A stretch of DNA of 64,000 bases from Actinomycetota bacterium (GCA_013816245.1 JACDEU010000001.1:106744-170743); one strand, 5' to 3'; positions 9,433-17,516 are shown, counted from the stretch's first letter. The notes: generated by a model not told the origin, from the sequence alone. Numbers and translations are program-made.

Positions 9433-9957
9433 CTAGCGCCCGGCGAAGTCGGCCGTGACGACCGCTGCGCCACCGTGCCCGACGAACGTTCCGAAGGTGA
9501 TGCCGAGTCCGAGCCGGCGAAAGCCGGGGCGGAGGAGGACAGCCCGGTGCATTGGGCTCGCGAGCCACTGGTTCACGACCCACTGGGCGGTGACCCCCGT
9601 GCCCCACGCGAGGTCTTCGCCGAAGATCGGGCCGCGGGCACTCTGCGCGAGAGCGCGGGCGGCAACTGATCCGTGGGCGAAGTACTGGCGGCGCATCATG
9701 TCCGCCGAGTGGCCGCGCGCGGCCCGAAGGAGATGGACGTCCAGCCGGAGTGGGGCGAGCCCATGGCCGGTCCGGACGGCGTTCATCGTCTGCAGGAGTG
9801 AGGCCTCTGAGCTGTTCAGGCCGCGTGCCTGAGCCGCCGACGCCGAGCCCAGGAGGGCGAAAACTGCCAAAAAAGCTATGAGAGTCTTGTTCTTAATCAG
9901 CGTTCGCGGCAGTCTTGAGTCGGCTTTCAGGGGTCGCCTCCCCCAAAAGGGGTACAT
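9433..9957 (-). CDS. Secreted CAP/SCP (PR-1-like) domain protein
   Basis: 174-aa ORF with a signal-peptide-like LIAFLAVFALLGSASAAQA. CAP-type segments RTGHGLAPLRLD..RGHSADMMRRQYFAH..NQWLASPMHRAVLL. Paralog of 15057..15593. Confidence 0.75.
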   Translation of the reverse strand: MYPFWGRRPLKADSRLPRTLIKNKTLIAFLAVFALLGSASAAQARGLNSSEASLLQTMNAVRTGHGLAPLRLDVHLLRAARGHSADMMRRQYFAHGSVAARALAQSARGPIFGEDLAWGTGVTAQWVVNQWLASPMHRAVLLRPGFRRLGLGITFGTFVGHGGAAVVTADFAGR

Positions 9958-9980
9958 CGAATTCGCTCAGAGCGGCTATT

Positions 9981-10892
9981 TCACCGGGCCGTCTGGGCGA
10001 GCCCGATGCCGACCAGGGTAAGAGCGGCACCGGACAGCTGGACCGGCGCGAGGGACTCTCCCAGCCACGCCCAGGCGACGACGATGGCCACCACGGGCTC
10101 GAGCATCGCGGTGATTCCGGCTCTGGTGGCCGAGATGTGCCGAAGCGCGCCGACGACGAGGGCGAAGGGGACGATCGTCCCTAGCACGACCATCCAAAGC
10201 ATCAGCAGCCAGACCGGGAGGTGGCTCGAGGCGAGGTTCCCGAGCAGGGAGACGTCGTCGTCGATCCGGCTGCCCGGGAAGTTCCACCACGGTGCTGCGA
10301 ACGTCCAGAAGAGCATCGCGAACAGGAAGCCCCACGCGGAAAGCGAGATCGGATCGCGACGGCGAACGGCGCGTTCGGCGATCAGCACATAGGCCGCGTA
10401 GGTGATCGCCGCGACGATGCAGGCCGCGACGCCTGCCCCGCTCAGGCGACCGCCGTGCCAGATCTCGACGATCAGCGTCAGGCCCGCAAGCGACAGCGCG
10501 AGGGCGGCCCAGATGCGACGGCGCACGGGCTCGTGGAAGACGAAGCGCGCCCAAAAGGCGACGAGGATCGGCGCGACGTACTGGATCAGCAGGGCGATCC
10601 CGATGTCGAGCCGGTGGATTGCGAAGAAGTAGGACCACTGCACAAGCGCGAGCGCGATCCCGAGTGCGACGAGGAGCGGAAGGTCTCCGAGCCGGGCTCG
10701 CAGGGAGCTGGGCCGTGTGACCGCCGCGATCAGCGCCAGCCCGACGACCGCGCCGGCGCAGCGCACCTCTGTGAGCTCTCCCGAGCCGATGCCCGACCCG
10801 AGGATGACCTTCGAGACCGTCCCGTTGACGGCGAAGAACGTCGCGGCAACGGCGACCATGACGTACCCGAGCGCCGGACGCGGCTGGACCAT
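9981..10892 (-). CDS. EamA/DMT family transporter
   Basis: 303-aa polytopic ORF of about 10 TM with the two-EamA-repeat pattern. ATG at 10892. Confidence 0.85.
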   Translation of the reverse strand: MVQPRPALGYVMVAVAATFFAVNGTVSKVILGSGIGSGELTEVRCAGAVVGLALIAAVTRPSSLRARLGDLPLLVALGIALALVQWSYFFAIHRLDIGIALLIQYVAPILVAFWARFVFHEPVRRRIWAALALSLAGLTLIVEIWHGGRLSGAGVAACIVAAITYAAYVLIAERAVRRRDPISLSAWGFLFAMLFWTFAAPWWNFPGSRIDDDVSLLGNLASSHLPVWLLMLWMVVLGTIVPFALVVGALRHISATRAGITAMLEPVVAIVVAWAWLGESLAPVQLSGAALTLVGIGLAQTAR

Positions 10893-10924
10893 CGCGCGAA
10901 CCTACACCTGTAGTCTGCGCACGG

Positions 10925-10999
10925 CGGGGCGTAGCTCAGCCTGGTTAGAGTGCTGCCTTTGGGAGGCAGAAGTCGCGAGTTCGAATCTCGCCGCCCCGA
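10925..10999 (+). tRNA. tRNA-Pro (anticodon TGG)
   Basis: Manual cloverleaf: acceptor CGGGGCG/CGCCCCG, anticodon arm CTGCC-TTTGGGA-GGCAG, T arm GCGAG-TTCGAAT-CTCGC. No encoded CCA. Confidence 0.93.
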
Positions 11000-11001
11000 C
11001 C

Positions 11002-11862
11002 TTGGTCGTCCTGCTTGCCGCGAGCTCGGCGCTCTTCTTCGGCGCGCTCGCCGTCACCATTCGCTTCGCACTTGCCCGCGGCATCGACGCGGAGGCTGCG
11101 TCGCTCATCACGACGGTCATCGCCTGCGTCATCTGCGCGGCGCTCGCGCTCGTCACGGGAGACTTCTCGCATGTGGCCTGGGGGGACACGTGGCCGTTCT
11201 TCGTCACGGGACTTTTCGCTCCCGGGATCAGCCAGATTCTGTTCACGCGTGCCGTCGGCGTCATCGGCCCTTCGCGCACGGCGATCATCGTCGGGATCTC
11301 GCCGGTGCTGTCGGCGGCGATCGCGGTCACGGTTCTCGGCGAGCCGCTGCACGTTGCGCTCGTTCTCGGGACGCTGCTCGTCGTCGCGGGCGGCACGCTG
11401 CTCGTCCGTGAGCGTGGCGGACCTGCCGCGCTGCTCTCGCTCGGGATCGTTCTCGGGCTGAGCGCGGCGGTGCTGTTCTCGGTGCGTGACAACCTCGTGC
11501 GCTGGGCAGCGCGCGGCACCGATGTCCCTGGGTTCGTCGCCGCGACTGCTTCGCTCGTGTCGGCGACGTTCGTGATCGCGATCGTGGTTGCCTCTCGTCC
11601 GGACGCGGTCGGGCGTGTCCGCCGCGCGGCCGGCCCCTTCGTCCCTTCGGGGCTCGTCTACGGGATCAGCTACGCCTGTCTGTACTCGGCGTTCGACCGG
11701 GGGCGGGTCACGATCGTCGCGCCCCTCGTCGCCACCGAATCATTGTTCGCCGTTCTCATCTCGATCGTGCTGCTCCGAAAGTCCGAGCGGATCGGTCCGC
11801 GGCTCCTGCTCGCCGCCGCGCTCGTCGTCGGCGGCGGTGCGCTCATCTCGAGCTTTCGCTGA
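11002..11862 (+). CDS. EamA/DMT family transporter
   Basis: The track ORF 10717..11862 reads through tRNA-Pro. The hydrophobic EamA-like part starts at TTG 11002 (LVVLLAASSALFFGALAV...). The start is uncertain. Confidence 0.7.
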   Translation: MVVLLAASSALFFGALAVTIRFALARGIDAEAASLITTVIACVICAALALVTGDFSHVAWGDTWPFFVTGLFAPGISQILFTRAVGVIGPSRTAIIVGISPVLSAAIAVTVLGEPLHVALVLGTLLVVAGGTLLVRERGGPAALLSLGIVLGLSAAVLFSVRDNLVRWAARGTDVPGFVAATASLVSATFVIAIVVASRPDAVGRVRRAAGPFVPSGLVYGISYACLYSAFDRGRVTIVAPLVATESLFAVLISIVLLRKSERIGPRLLLAAALVVGGGALISSFR

Positions 11863-12595
11863 AGACGCCGGCGATGTGCTCCGTGCGCAGGAAACGCAGC
11901 ATGAAGTACGCGAACACTGCGAAGAAGACGAGCGCCTGCTCGACCGCCATCGTCACGCCCGCGATCTCCTGGTCGGTCCGATCGGAGAGACCCCAGAGCT
12001 GCGGCGCGGTCCTGTAGAAGTCGTAGATCGGCCGCGGTAGCAGCGCGAGCAGAAGACCGAGCGGCGCAGCGAGCACGAACGCCGCGAAGAGATACAACGC
12101 TTTGACGCCGTCTGAGTAACGCCCTTGTACGACGGGCCACCACATCAGCACACCGGCGAGGAAGTACGTCAGGTGCTCGAGGTCGAGCAGCCAGCCGGAT
12201 TGCTCGAGCGCCGCGTCGTAGATCGGGGGCACGTGCCAGACGAAGTACGTGCCGAGCCAGAGCGGCAGCGCGACGAGAGGATGCGTGAGCAGGCGAACGG
12301 CGCGGAATCGCTCGAGGTGTTGCGCGAGCGGGGGGGCGAGCGCGAACACGACGAGCCCGGGCGCCCATTCCGCCGTCACGACGTTCTGGAGCAAGTGCGC
12401 GGAGAGGAGGTAGTGCAGCGCGATCGTGTGCAGCGGCGTGATGTAGACCGCGAGCAGCAGGATCACCGCGACGTCGAAGGCGACGCGGCGCGTCGAGCCG
12501 GCGGGGCAGCGGCGTTGGCTCCAAAAGTACGCTGCAGCGAGGACGCCGATCGTGAGGAGCACTTCCCAGTGCAGCGACCACGAGTGCGGATCCAC
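11843..12595 (-). CDS. ctaG: Cytochrome c oxidase assembly factor, Caa3_CtaG family
   Basis: 250-aa polytopic ORF with HYLLSAHLLQNVVTAEWAPGL and WHVPPIYD..HLTYFLAGVLMWWPV segments typical of Bacillus-type CtaG. Confidence 0.7.
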   Translation of the reverse strand: MDPHSWSLHWEVLLTIGVLAAAYFWSQRRCPAGSTRRVAFDVAVILLLAVYITPLHTIALHYLLSAHLLQNVVTAEWAPGLVVFALAPPLAQHLERFRAVRLLTHPLVALPLWLGTYFVWHVPPIYDAALEQSGWLLDLEHLTYFLAGVLMWWPVVQGRYSDGVKALYLFAAFVLAAPLGLLLALLPRPIYDFYRTAPQLWGLSDRTDQEIAGVTMAVEQALVFFAVFAYFMLRFLRTEHIAGVFSESSR

Positions 12596-12619
12596 GGCGC
12601 TACGCTACTGGTGACCTAC

Positions 12620-12690
12620 GCGCCCGTGGTGTAGTGGTAGCACCTGACCCTTCCAAGGTCATGGCACCGGTTCGAGCCCGGTCGGGCGCT
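12620..12690 (+). tRNA. tRNA-Gly (anticodon TCC)
   Basis: Manual cloverleaf: acceptor GCGCCCG/CGGGCGC, anticodon arm TGACC-CTTCCAA-GGTCA, T arm ACCGG-TTCGAGC-CCGGT. Confidence 0.93.
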
Positions 12691-12724
12691 TGAGACGCCC
12701 GGTGTCCTCGCTATGTTTTCTAAA

Positions 12725-13404
12725 ATGAAAACAGAAGAGCGAGAGTTAGCGCGGCCATTCGGCGAGTAGAGTGAGCGCCGATCAAGGAGATTGTGCGTCG
12801 CCTTGGCGCCGCTCCGTCTGCCGTGAGCCTCTGGATGCGGGACATCGAGTTGACGGCGTCTCAACAGCAAGAACTGCTTCGCCGGAATCCGGCGTACAAC
12901 CGGCAGTTGAGCGGCACGACTATTCAGGCAGCGAACCGTCGACAAGAACGAATCGCTTCAGGAAGCCGGCCGGAGACTTGCGCGCCAAGGCGATAACTTC
13001 CACGCAGCCGGCTGCATGCTGTACTGGGCAGAAGGCGAGAAGAATCGGAATGCGCTGAGGTTCTACAACTCGATCCAGAGATGACCCGCTTCTTCGTCAG
13101 TTTCCTAAAGAAGTATTTCGACCTCTGTGACGAGGAGATCAGGATCAGGTGCAACCTGTTCGCGGACCACGTTCAGCGACAGCATGAGATCGAGCAGTTT
13201 TGGCTCGATGTTGCGCACTGTCGGAGCGTTCGTTCGGCAGGTCATCCGTCAACGCGTACTCCCGGTACACCAAGCGGAAACGGATCAACAGACTTCCCTA
13301 CGCCACGGTCCGCGTCACTGTTTGCCCGCACTCGGGTTGTCCAGAGCATCTTCGGCGCGATCCAGGAGTACGCCGGCTTCGAGCGGGAAGCCTGGCTGGA
13401 GTAG
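12725..13404 (+). pseudogene. Decayed HTH / homing-endonuclease-like gene next to tRNA-Gly
   Basis: Protein-like segments are spread over all three + frames:
- MKTEERELAR
- AIRRVE*APIKEIVRRLGAAPSAVSLWMRDIELT..
- QEAGRRLARQGDNFHAAGCMLYWAEGEKNRNALRFYNS
- DPEMTRFFVSFLKKYFDLCDEEIRIRCNLF..EIEQFWLDV
- SERSFGRSSVNAYSRYTKRKRINRLPY.TVRVTV
- RVVQSIFGAIQEYAGFEREAWLE*

At least 4 frameshifts and 1 in-frame stop. G+C is locally lower. Confidence 0.6.
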
Positions 13405-13410
13405 CGCCGG

Positions 13411-13875
13411 CTAGTCGGAGCCGTCGGAGACCGAGACGGTTTCCATCACGACGTCGTCGTGCGGCTTGTCCTGCGCGTCGCGTGTCAGCTCGGAGATCTT
13501 GTCGACGACGTCCATGCCTTCGGTCACGCGGCCGAAGACGGTGTGCTTGCCGTCGAGCCATGGAGCTGCATCCGTAGTGACGATGAAGAACTGGCTGCCG
13601 TTCGTGTTCGGGCCGGCGTTCGCCATCGCGAGTGCACCGCGCTCCACCTTGTTGTCGTTGAACTCGTCCTCGAAGGAGTAACCAGGGCCGCCCGACCCGG
13701 TTCCGGTCGGATCGCCGCCCTGGACCATGAAGTCCGGGATGACGCGGTGGAAGATGACGCGGTTGTAAAAGCCGTCTTTTGCGAGCTTGACGAAGTTCTC
13801 GACCGTCTTCGGAGCGTCGTTCGGGAAGAGCTCCACATGGATTGGCCCGTGATTCGTCTGGATGATCGCCTGCAT
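13411..13875 (-). CDS. Peptidyl-prolyl cis-trans isomerase, cyclophilin type
   Basis: The C-terminal 154 codons of track ORF 13411..14481, from ATG 13875: [49 protein letters not shown]. The upstream part of that ORF is antisense to the transporter gene. Confidence 0.92.
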
Positions 13876-13917
13876 CGGGAGGACTGTACCGTCCGGCCGG
13901 ATCGCGATGCTGCGGAC

Positions 13918-14985
13918 GTGGCGGACCCGCCTCTTCGCGTCGTCGATTTCCGCCCGAGAACGATCCTTCGTGTCATCGGGATGCTCATTGCGACAGCAAT
14001 CGTTCTCGAGGTCATCTGGATCGCGCGGCATGTCCTCTCCTGGGTGTTCATCGCCTTCTTTCTCGCGCTTGCCCTCAACCCGGCCGTCGACCGGCTCGAG
14101 CGGCGCATTCATCGTCGAGGGATCGCGACTGCGATCGTCTTCTTCAGCGCGGTCGTGGCGATCGTCGGGGTCGCCTATCTCTTCATTCCGACTCTCGTCA
14201 GCCAGGTGAACGACTTCGCCGGGAAGGTGCCGGACTACCTCCATGACTTGACGAAGGGCCGCGGCCGCCTCGGCTTCCTTCAGGAGAAGTATCACCTCGT
14301 CGACAAGGCGCGGAAGGCGCTGAACGAGGGCGGGGCCTCGAAGCTCTTCGGCATCTCCGGGGCGGCGTTGGCGGTGGCCAAGGGAGTCGTGAACGCCGTG
14401 CTGGCGACCGTGACCATCGCCTTCATGACCTTCTTCATGCTCCTCGAAGGGCCCGCCTGGGTCGAGTCGTTCTTGCGCCACCTACCGTCCGAACCGCGAC
14501 GCCGCTGGCGAAGTGTCGGGCACCAGATCTACCGCACCGTCGGCGGTTACGTCGCCGGCAATCTCCTCATCAGCCTGATCGCGGGCTCATTGACCACCAT
14601 CGTGCTCCTCATCGTGGGTGTGCCGTATGCCTTGGCGCTCGGGTTGATCGTGGCGATCCTCGATCTGATCCCTCTCGCCGGCGCGACCATCGCCGCGATC
14701 ATCGTCGGGGCTGTTGCATTCCTGCACTCGGTTCCGGCGGGGATCGTGGTCGTCGTTTTCTTCGTCGTGTACCAGCAGATCGAGAACCACCTGCTGCAAC
14801 CGATCGTCTACGGAAGGACGGTGCAGCTCTCTCCGCTCGTCATCCTCATCTCCGTGCTGATCGGCGCCGAGCTCGCGGGTGTCCTCGGGGCGCTCGCGGC
14901 GATTCCGGTCGTCGGCTCGCTGCAGGTGATCTTGGCGGACTGGCTGAAGCATCGTCGCGCCGCGGACCCCGCCGCCGCGACCTGA
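13918..14985 (+). CDS. AI-2E family transporter (PerM/YhhT-like)
   Basis: Polytopic portion of track ORF 13459..14985. GTG 13918 is the first start clear of the divergent PPIase gene. Conserved tail [16 protein letters not shown]. Confidence 0.8.
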
Positions 14986-15056
14986 CCTCAGACTCACCCG
15001 TTCGAGGGACGGCCTCTCCGTTAAAGCTTGGAAGGCATTGAGCCGATGTCACAGAC

Positions 15057-15593
15057 GTGGGCAATCGCACTGTTCGTTTCCTCGTCCTCGCCGCCTCAGT
15101 CCTAGGACTGTGGGCCGTCGCCTCTCCCGCGGGCGCGACGAGCCAGCGTCCCGCAAGCGCAATGAGCTCGCTCGAACAAGGCGTGCTGGCGAACATCAAC
15201 GGCTTTCGCCACGACCACGGGCTTGCTCCACTCCGGTTCTCCTCGAAGCTCGCAGCAGCAGCGCGCTCACACTCGGGCGAGATGGCGAGGCGCGGGTATT
15301 TCAGTCACGACTCTGCGAATGGAGCCTCCTTCGACAGACGAATCTCCCGCTACTACTCGGTCGCGGGCAAGCAGTACTGGTCGGTTGGGGAGAACCTTCT
15401 CTGGTCGTCGCCGGACGTGGACGCAACCGGCGCTCTCAACATGTGGTTGAACAGCCCGGAACACCGCACGATCCTCCTGACTGCACGTTGGCGTGAGATC
15501 GGCCTCTCAGCCGTCCACGTCGCATCGGCATCGGGCACGTACGGCGGACGCGAAGTCACGATCGTGACCGCCGATTTCGGCGTCAGGCGCTAA
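15057..15593 (+). CDS. Secreted CAP/SCP (PR-1-like) domain protein
   Basis: 178-aa ORF with signal peptide FLVLAASVLGLWAVASPAGA and segments HDHGLAPLRF..HSGEMARRGYFSH..MWLNSPEHRTILL..VTADFG. Paralog of 9433..9957. Confidence 0.75.
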   Translation: MGNRTVRFLVLAASVLGLWAVASPAGATSQRPASAMSSLEQGVLANINGFRHDHGLAPLRFSSKLAAAARSHSGEMARRGYFSHDSANGASFDRRISRYYSVAGKQYWSVGENLLWSSPDVDATGALNMWLNSPEHRTILLTARWREIGLSAVHVASASGTYGGREVTIVTADFGVRR

Positions 15594-15621
15594 CTCACCT
15601 CCGCGATACTCTGTTCCTCCG

Positions 15622-15694
15622 GCGCCTGTAGCTCAGTGGACAGAGCGGCGGCCTTCTAAGCCGCGGGTCGGAGGTTCGAATCCTCCCAGGCGCA
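15622..15694 (+). tRNA. tRNA-Arg (anticodon TCT)
   Basis: Manual cloverleaf: acceptor GCGCCTG/CAGGCGC, anticodon arm GCGGC-CTTCTAA-GCCGC, T arm GGAGG-TTCGAAT-CCTCC. Confidence 0.93.
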
Positions 15695-15697
15695 CTC

Positions 15698-15804
15698 CCG
15701 CGGCAAATCCGGCCGCGCTCCGCGCGGCCATGATGATTTGCCGCGGATCGGGTTCTACCGGAGAGCCGCAGTGGCGAACGCCGGCCAAGTCGGCATTCGC
15801 GGCG
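15698..15804 (+). repeat. tRNA-trailing bipartite hairpin repeat, copy A1
   Basis: Outer stem CCGCGGCAAATC/GATTTGCCGCGG (12 bp). Inner hairpin GGCCGCGC-TCC-GCGCGGCC. Junction GCCATGATGA. Second hairpin GCGAACGCCGGC-CAA-GTCGGCATTCGC. Confidence 0.7.
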
Positions 15805-15809
15805 TGGAA

Positions 15810-15901
15810 CCGCGGAAAGTCCGCCGCGGCTTCGACGCGCCATGATGACTTCCCGCGGCCTCTACTTCTGCCGATAGCCGTTGCGGCGAACGCCGGCGAA
15901 G
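15810..15901 (+). repeat. tRNA-trailing bipartite hairpin repeat, copy A2 (tandem to A1)
   Basis: Outer stem CCGCGGAAAGTC/GACTTCCCGCGG (11/12 bp) and junction GCCATGATGA. The module 2 5' arm GCGAACGCCGGC is kept, but the 3' arm has decayed. Confidence 0.65.
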
Positions 15902-15952
15902 TGCTGCGAGCTGAAGCAGTTGGACGAGACCCCGCTATCCTGATGCGGGCAC

Positions 15953-16026
15953 GGTGGCTGTAGCTCAGTTGGTAGAGCCCCTGGTTGTGGTCCAGGTGGT
16001 CGTGGGTTCGAGTCCCATCAGCCACC
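15953..16026 (+). tRNA. tRNA-His (anticodon GTG)
   Basis: Encoded G-1 plus acceptor GTGGCTG/CAGCCAC and discriminator C. Anticodon arm CCTGG-TTGTGGT-CCAGG. T arm GTGGG-TTCGAGT-CCCAT. Confidence 0.92.
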
Positions 16027-16108
16027 TCAGCCGTCACCGCGAGGTCGGGCTTTGCCCGGCCTCGCTCGCTGCGGCTGACGGAATACCTCAGTGCCCAAAC
16101 GAGCCGCA

Positions 16109-16137
16109 CGAAGTCATACGCCGAAGGCGCGACTTCG
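16109..16137 (+). repeat. Degenerate relative of repeat module 1 (hairpin after tRNA-His)
   Basis: CGAAGTC-ATACGCCGAAGGCGC-GACTTCG. It has the same outer-arm sequence type as A3/A5 but lacks CCATGAT. Confidence 0.4.
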
Positions 16138-16145
16138 AGCGGCAG

Positions 16146-16176
16146 GGTCGTGGGTTCGAGTCCCATCAGCCACCTC
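16146..16176 (+). repeat. 31-bp direct duplicate of the tRNA-His 3' end
   Basis: GGTCGTGGGTTCGAGTCCCATCAGCCACCTC is identical to 15998-16028 (T arm, acceptor 3' strand and 2 nt of trailer). Confidence 0.85.
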
Positions 16177-16178
16177 CA

Positions 16179-16217
16179 CCGACGAAAGTCGCGCCTCCGG
16201 CGCCTGGCTTTCGTCGG
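16179..16217 (+). repeat. Degenerate relative of repeat module 1 (hairpin after the tRNA-His fragment)
   Basis: Outer stem CCGACGAAAG/CTTTCGTCGG (10 bp) enclosing GCGCC-TCC-GGCGC. Same nested architecture as A1. Confidence 0.45.
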
Positions 16218-16289
16218 TATCGCCGCTTCGTAGAGCGGTGTCGCGGCGATTGTCACGTACCTCCGTCGGGTCTTGCCCGTTGCGTAGGC

Positions 16290-16817
16290 GTGAGCTCCGA
16301 GGGCTTTCTCTTGCGTTTCTTCCTGGGTCTGACTGGGAGTCTGGCTGCCGTGTTCCTGGCGGTCGGCTGCACGGTTCACCAGCGGAGCACGGAAGGGAAC
16401 GTCCTGGGAGCCGGCGTGGAGAGTGGGTCCTGGGCTTCACCGGCAGAGCTCGCCTGGCTCGGGAAGCTCGGAGCCTGGGACACCCGGTTGTTGCGCGGGC
16501 TCCAGACAGCCGCGCGCGTCGAAACTACGCCGGGCCTCGCGAAGAAGCTGATGGAGCGTGACGGCAAGACGGTGGTCCTCCATTCACGCGCTCTCCAGCC
16601 GGCGAGCTCCTGCAACTCGGATCTGGCGACGAAGGTGGGGTCTGCGCCGACGGTTCGTCTTCAGCGCGCTTATGACACGTTCCGCCTCGCGTGTACGCAT
16701 CTGCAGCGGTTCCACAGCGCGATCACGCTCGCCGTGGATCAGCGTCAGAACTCGAAGATCGGCGCGGTCGTAAGCGGAGCCGGGCAAAGCCCGTCTCCGC
16801 GGCGGCGGTTACCCTGA
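16290..16817 (+). CDS. Putative lipoprotein, unknown function
   Basis: The track ORF 15954..16817 reads through tRNA-His. GTG 16290 (or TTG 16311) precedes a lipobox-like signal FLGLTGSLAAVFLAVGC. Confidence 0.55.
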   Translation: MSSEGFLLRFFLGLTGSLAAVFLAVGCTVHQRSTEGNVLGAGVESGSWASPAELAWLGKLGAWDTRLLRGLQTAARVETTPGLAKKLMERDGKTVVLHSRALQPASSCNSDLATKVGSAPTVRLQRAYDTFRLACTHLQRFHSAITLAVDQRQNSKIGAVVSGAGQSPSPRRRLP

Positions 16818-16823
16818 TTGCTC

Positions 16824-16895
16824 GGCCCCGTAGCTCAGCGGATAGAGCGACGGACTTCGAATCCGTGCGCGGAGGTTCGACTCCTCCCGGGGCCA
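16824..16895 (+). tRNA. tRNA-Arg (anticodon TCG)
   Basis: Manual cloverleaf: acceptor GGCCCCG/CGGGGCC, anticodon arm ACGGA-CTTCGAA-TCCGT, T arm GGAGG-TTCGACT-CCTCC. Confidence 0.92.
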
Positions 16896-16902
16896 TCGCC
16901 GA

Positions 16903-17026
16903 TTTGAAGTCCGGCCCTTCGCAGTTCGAAGTCCGGCTAGCTTTGCGAGCCATGATGACTTCAAACGGCTCTCGTTTCGATTCGTAGCGTTTGCGGCCGA
17001 CGCCGGCGAAGCCGGCATCGGCGGCG
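16903..17026 (+). repeat. tRNA-trailing bipartite hairpin repeat, copy A3
   Basis: The left arm is duplicated (TTTGAAGTC at 16903, TTCGAAGTC at 16925); the right arm is GACTTCAAA. Inner hairpin GGCT..AGCC and junction GCCATGATGA. Second hairpin GCCGACGCCGGC-GAA-GCCGGCATCGGC. Confidence 0.7.
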
Positions 17027-17138
17027 AAAGGCGATCGCAGAGCTAGAACGACCGTTGTACTTCCGGGTCGGCGCGTCCACGCCGGGGCCAGTCGTCGCGT
17101 TGTCACGAGCACAAGGCATCCGGGGACGAGAACCGGAG

Positions 17139-17190
17139 GACTTCGAACGGCTTCTCGTTTCGATCGGTGCGCCGCCGGCGAAAGCCGGCC
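17139..17190 (+). repeat. Partial repeat copy A4 (right arm plus module 2 only)
   Basis: GACTTCGAACGGCTTCTCGTTTCGAT.. aligns with A3 16957-16985. It ends in GCCGGC-GAAA-GCCGGC. Confidence 0.55.
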
Positions 17191-17216
17191 AGCTCACGAC
17201 CTATCCTCTGCTCCGG

Positions 17217-17516
17217 ATGCGGAGAGTCGGCCTCGGGGCTACCGGACTCCTGATCGCCGTGGTAACGGTGATCGTCGCCGTTGGCATGATCGATGGCGCA
17301 AACCCCCAGTTTTCACGCGGCCGCTCGCCGACATGGTCGGTAGTCGTTCAGGAGACTCTCGGCATCGTCACGCTTGCGGCGCTTGGCAGCACTGCCGTCG
17401 CGCTCGTGGCGCTTGCGCGCCGTCGCCGGGCACGACGGTTTTTCATTTTCTTACCCCTAAGCCTTGCTCTGGCCTTCGGTTGGTGGGTCGCGTTGTTTGT
17501 TGAGCGCGTGAGCTGA
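17217..17516 (+). CDS. Small membrane protein (3 predicted TM), unknown function
   Basis: ATG 17217 within track ORF 17055..17516: MRRVGLGATGLLIAVVTVIVAVGM...FFIFLPLSLALAFGWWVALFV. The upstream part of that ORF covers repeat A4. Confidence 0.5.
   Translation: MRRVGLGATGLLIAVVTVIVAVGMIDGANPQFSRGRSPTWSVVVQETLGIVTLAALGSTAVALVALARRRRARRFFIFLPLSLALAFGWWVALFVERVS

Noticed and set aside
10717-11001. The upstream parts of track ORFs that read through tRNA genes: 10717..11862 through tRNA-Pro, 15954..16817 through tRNA-His, and 50464..51063 through tRNA-Ala.
   Set aside because: The overlapped segments fold into canonical tRNAs. The translated tRNA parts (e.g. GAIAQLGERL) are known annotation artefacts. 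Downstream starts with signal or TM sequences are better supported.
13459-14481. The overlapping long ORFs 13411..14481 (minus strand, 356 aa) and 13459..14985 (plus strand, 508 aa) taken at full length.
   Set aside because: Only the cyclophilin part (13411-13875) and the transporter part (from 13918) are protein-like. The remainder of each ORF is the antisense of the other gene.
16852-17147. The 10-nt identity GGACTTCGAA between the tRNA-Arg-TCG anticodon arm (16852-16861) and repeat A4 (17138-17147). The left arms TTCGAAGTCCG of A3/A5 are also antisense to that anticodon loop.
   Set aside because: Six of the matching bases are the palindrome TTCGAA. One 10-mer match in 128 kb of two-strand sequence is not far from chance expectation, which I estimate at about 0.1. 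Copies A1/A2 do not share it. It is recorded as a curiosity only.
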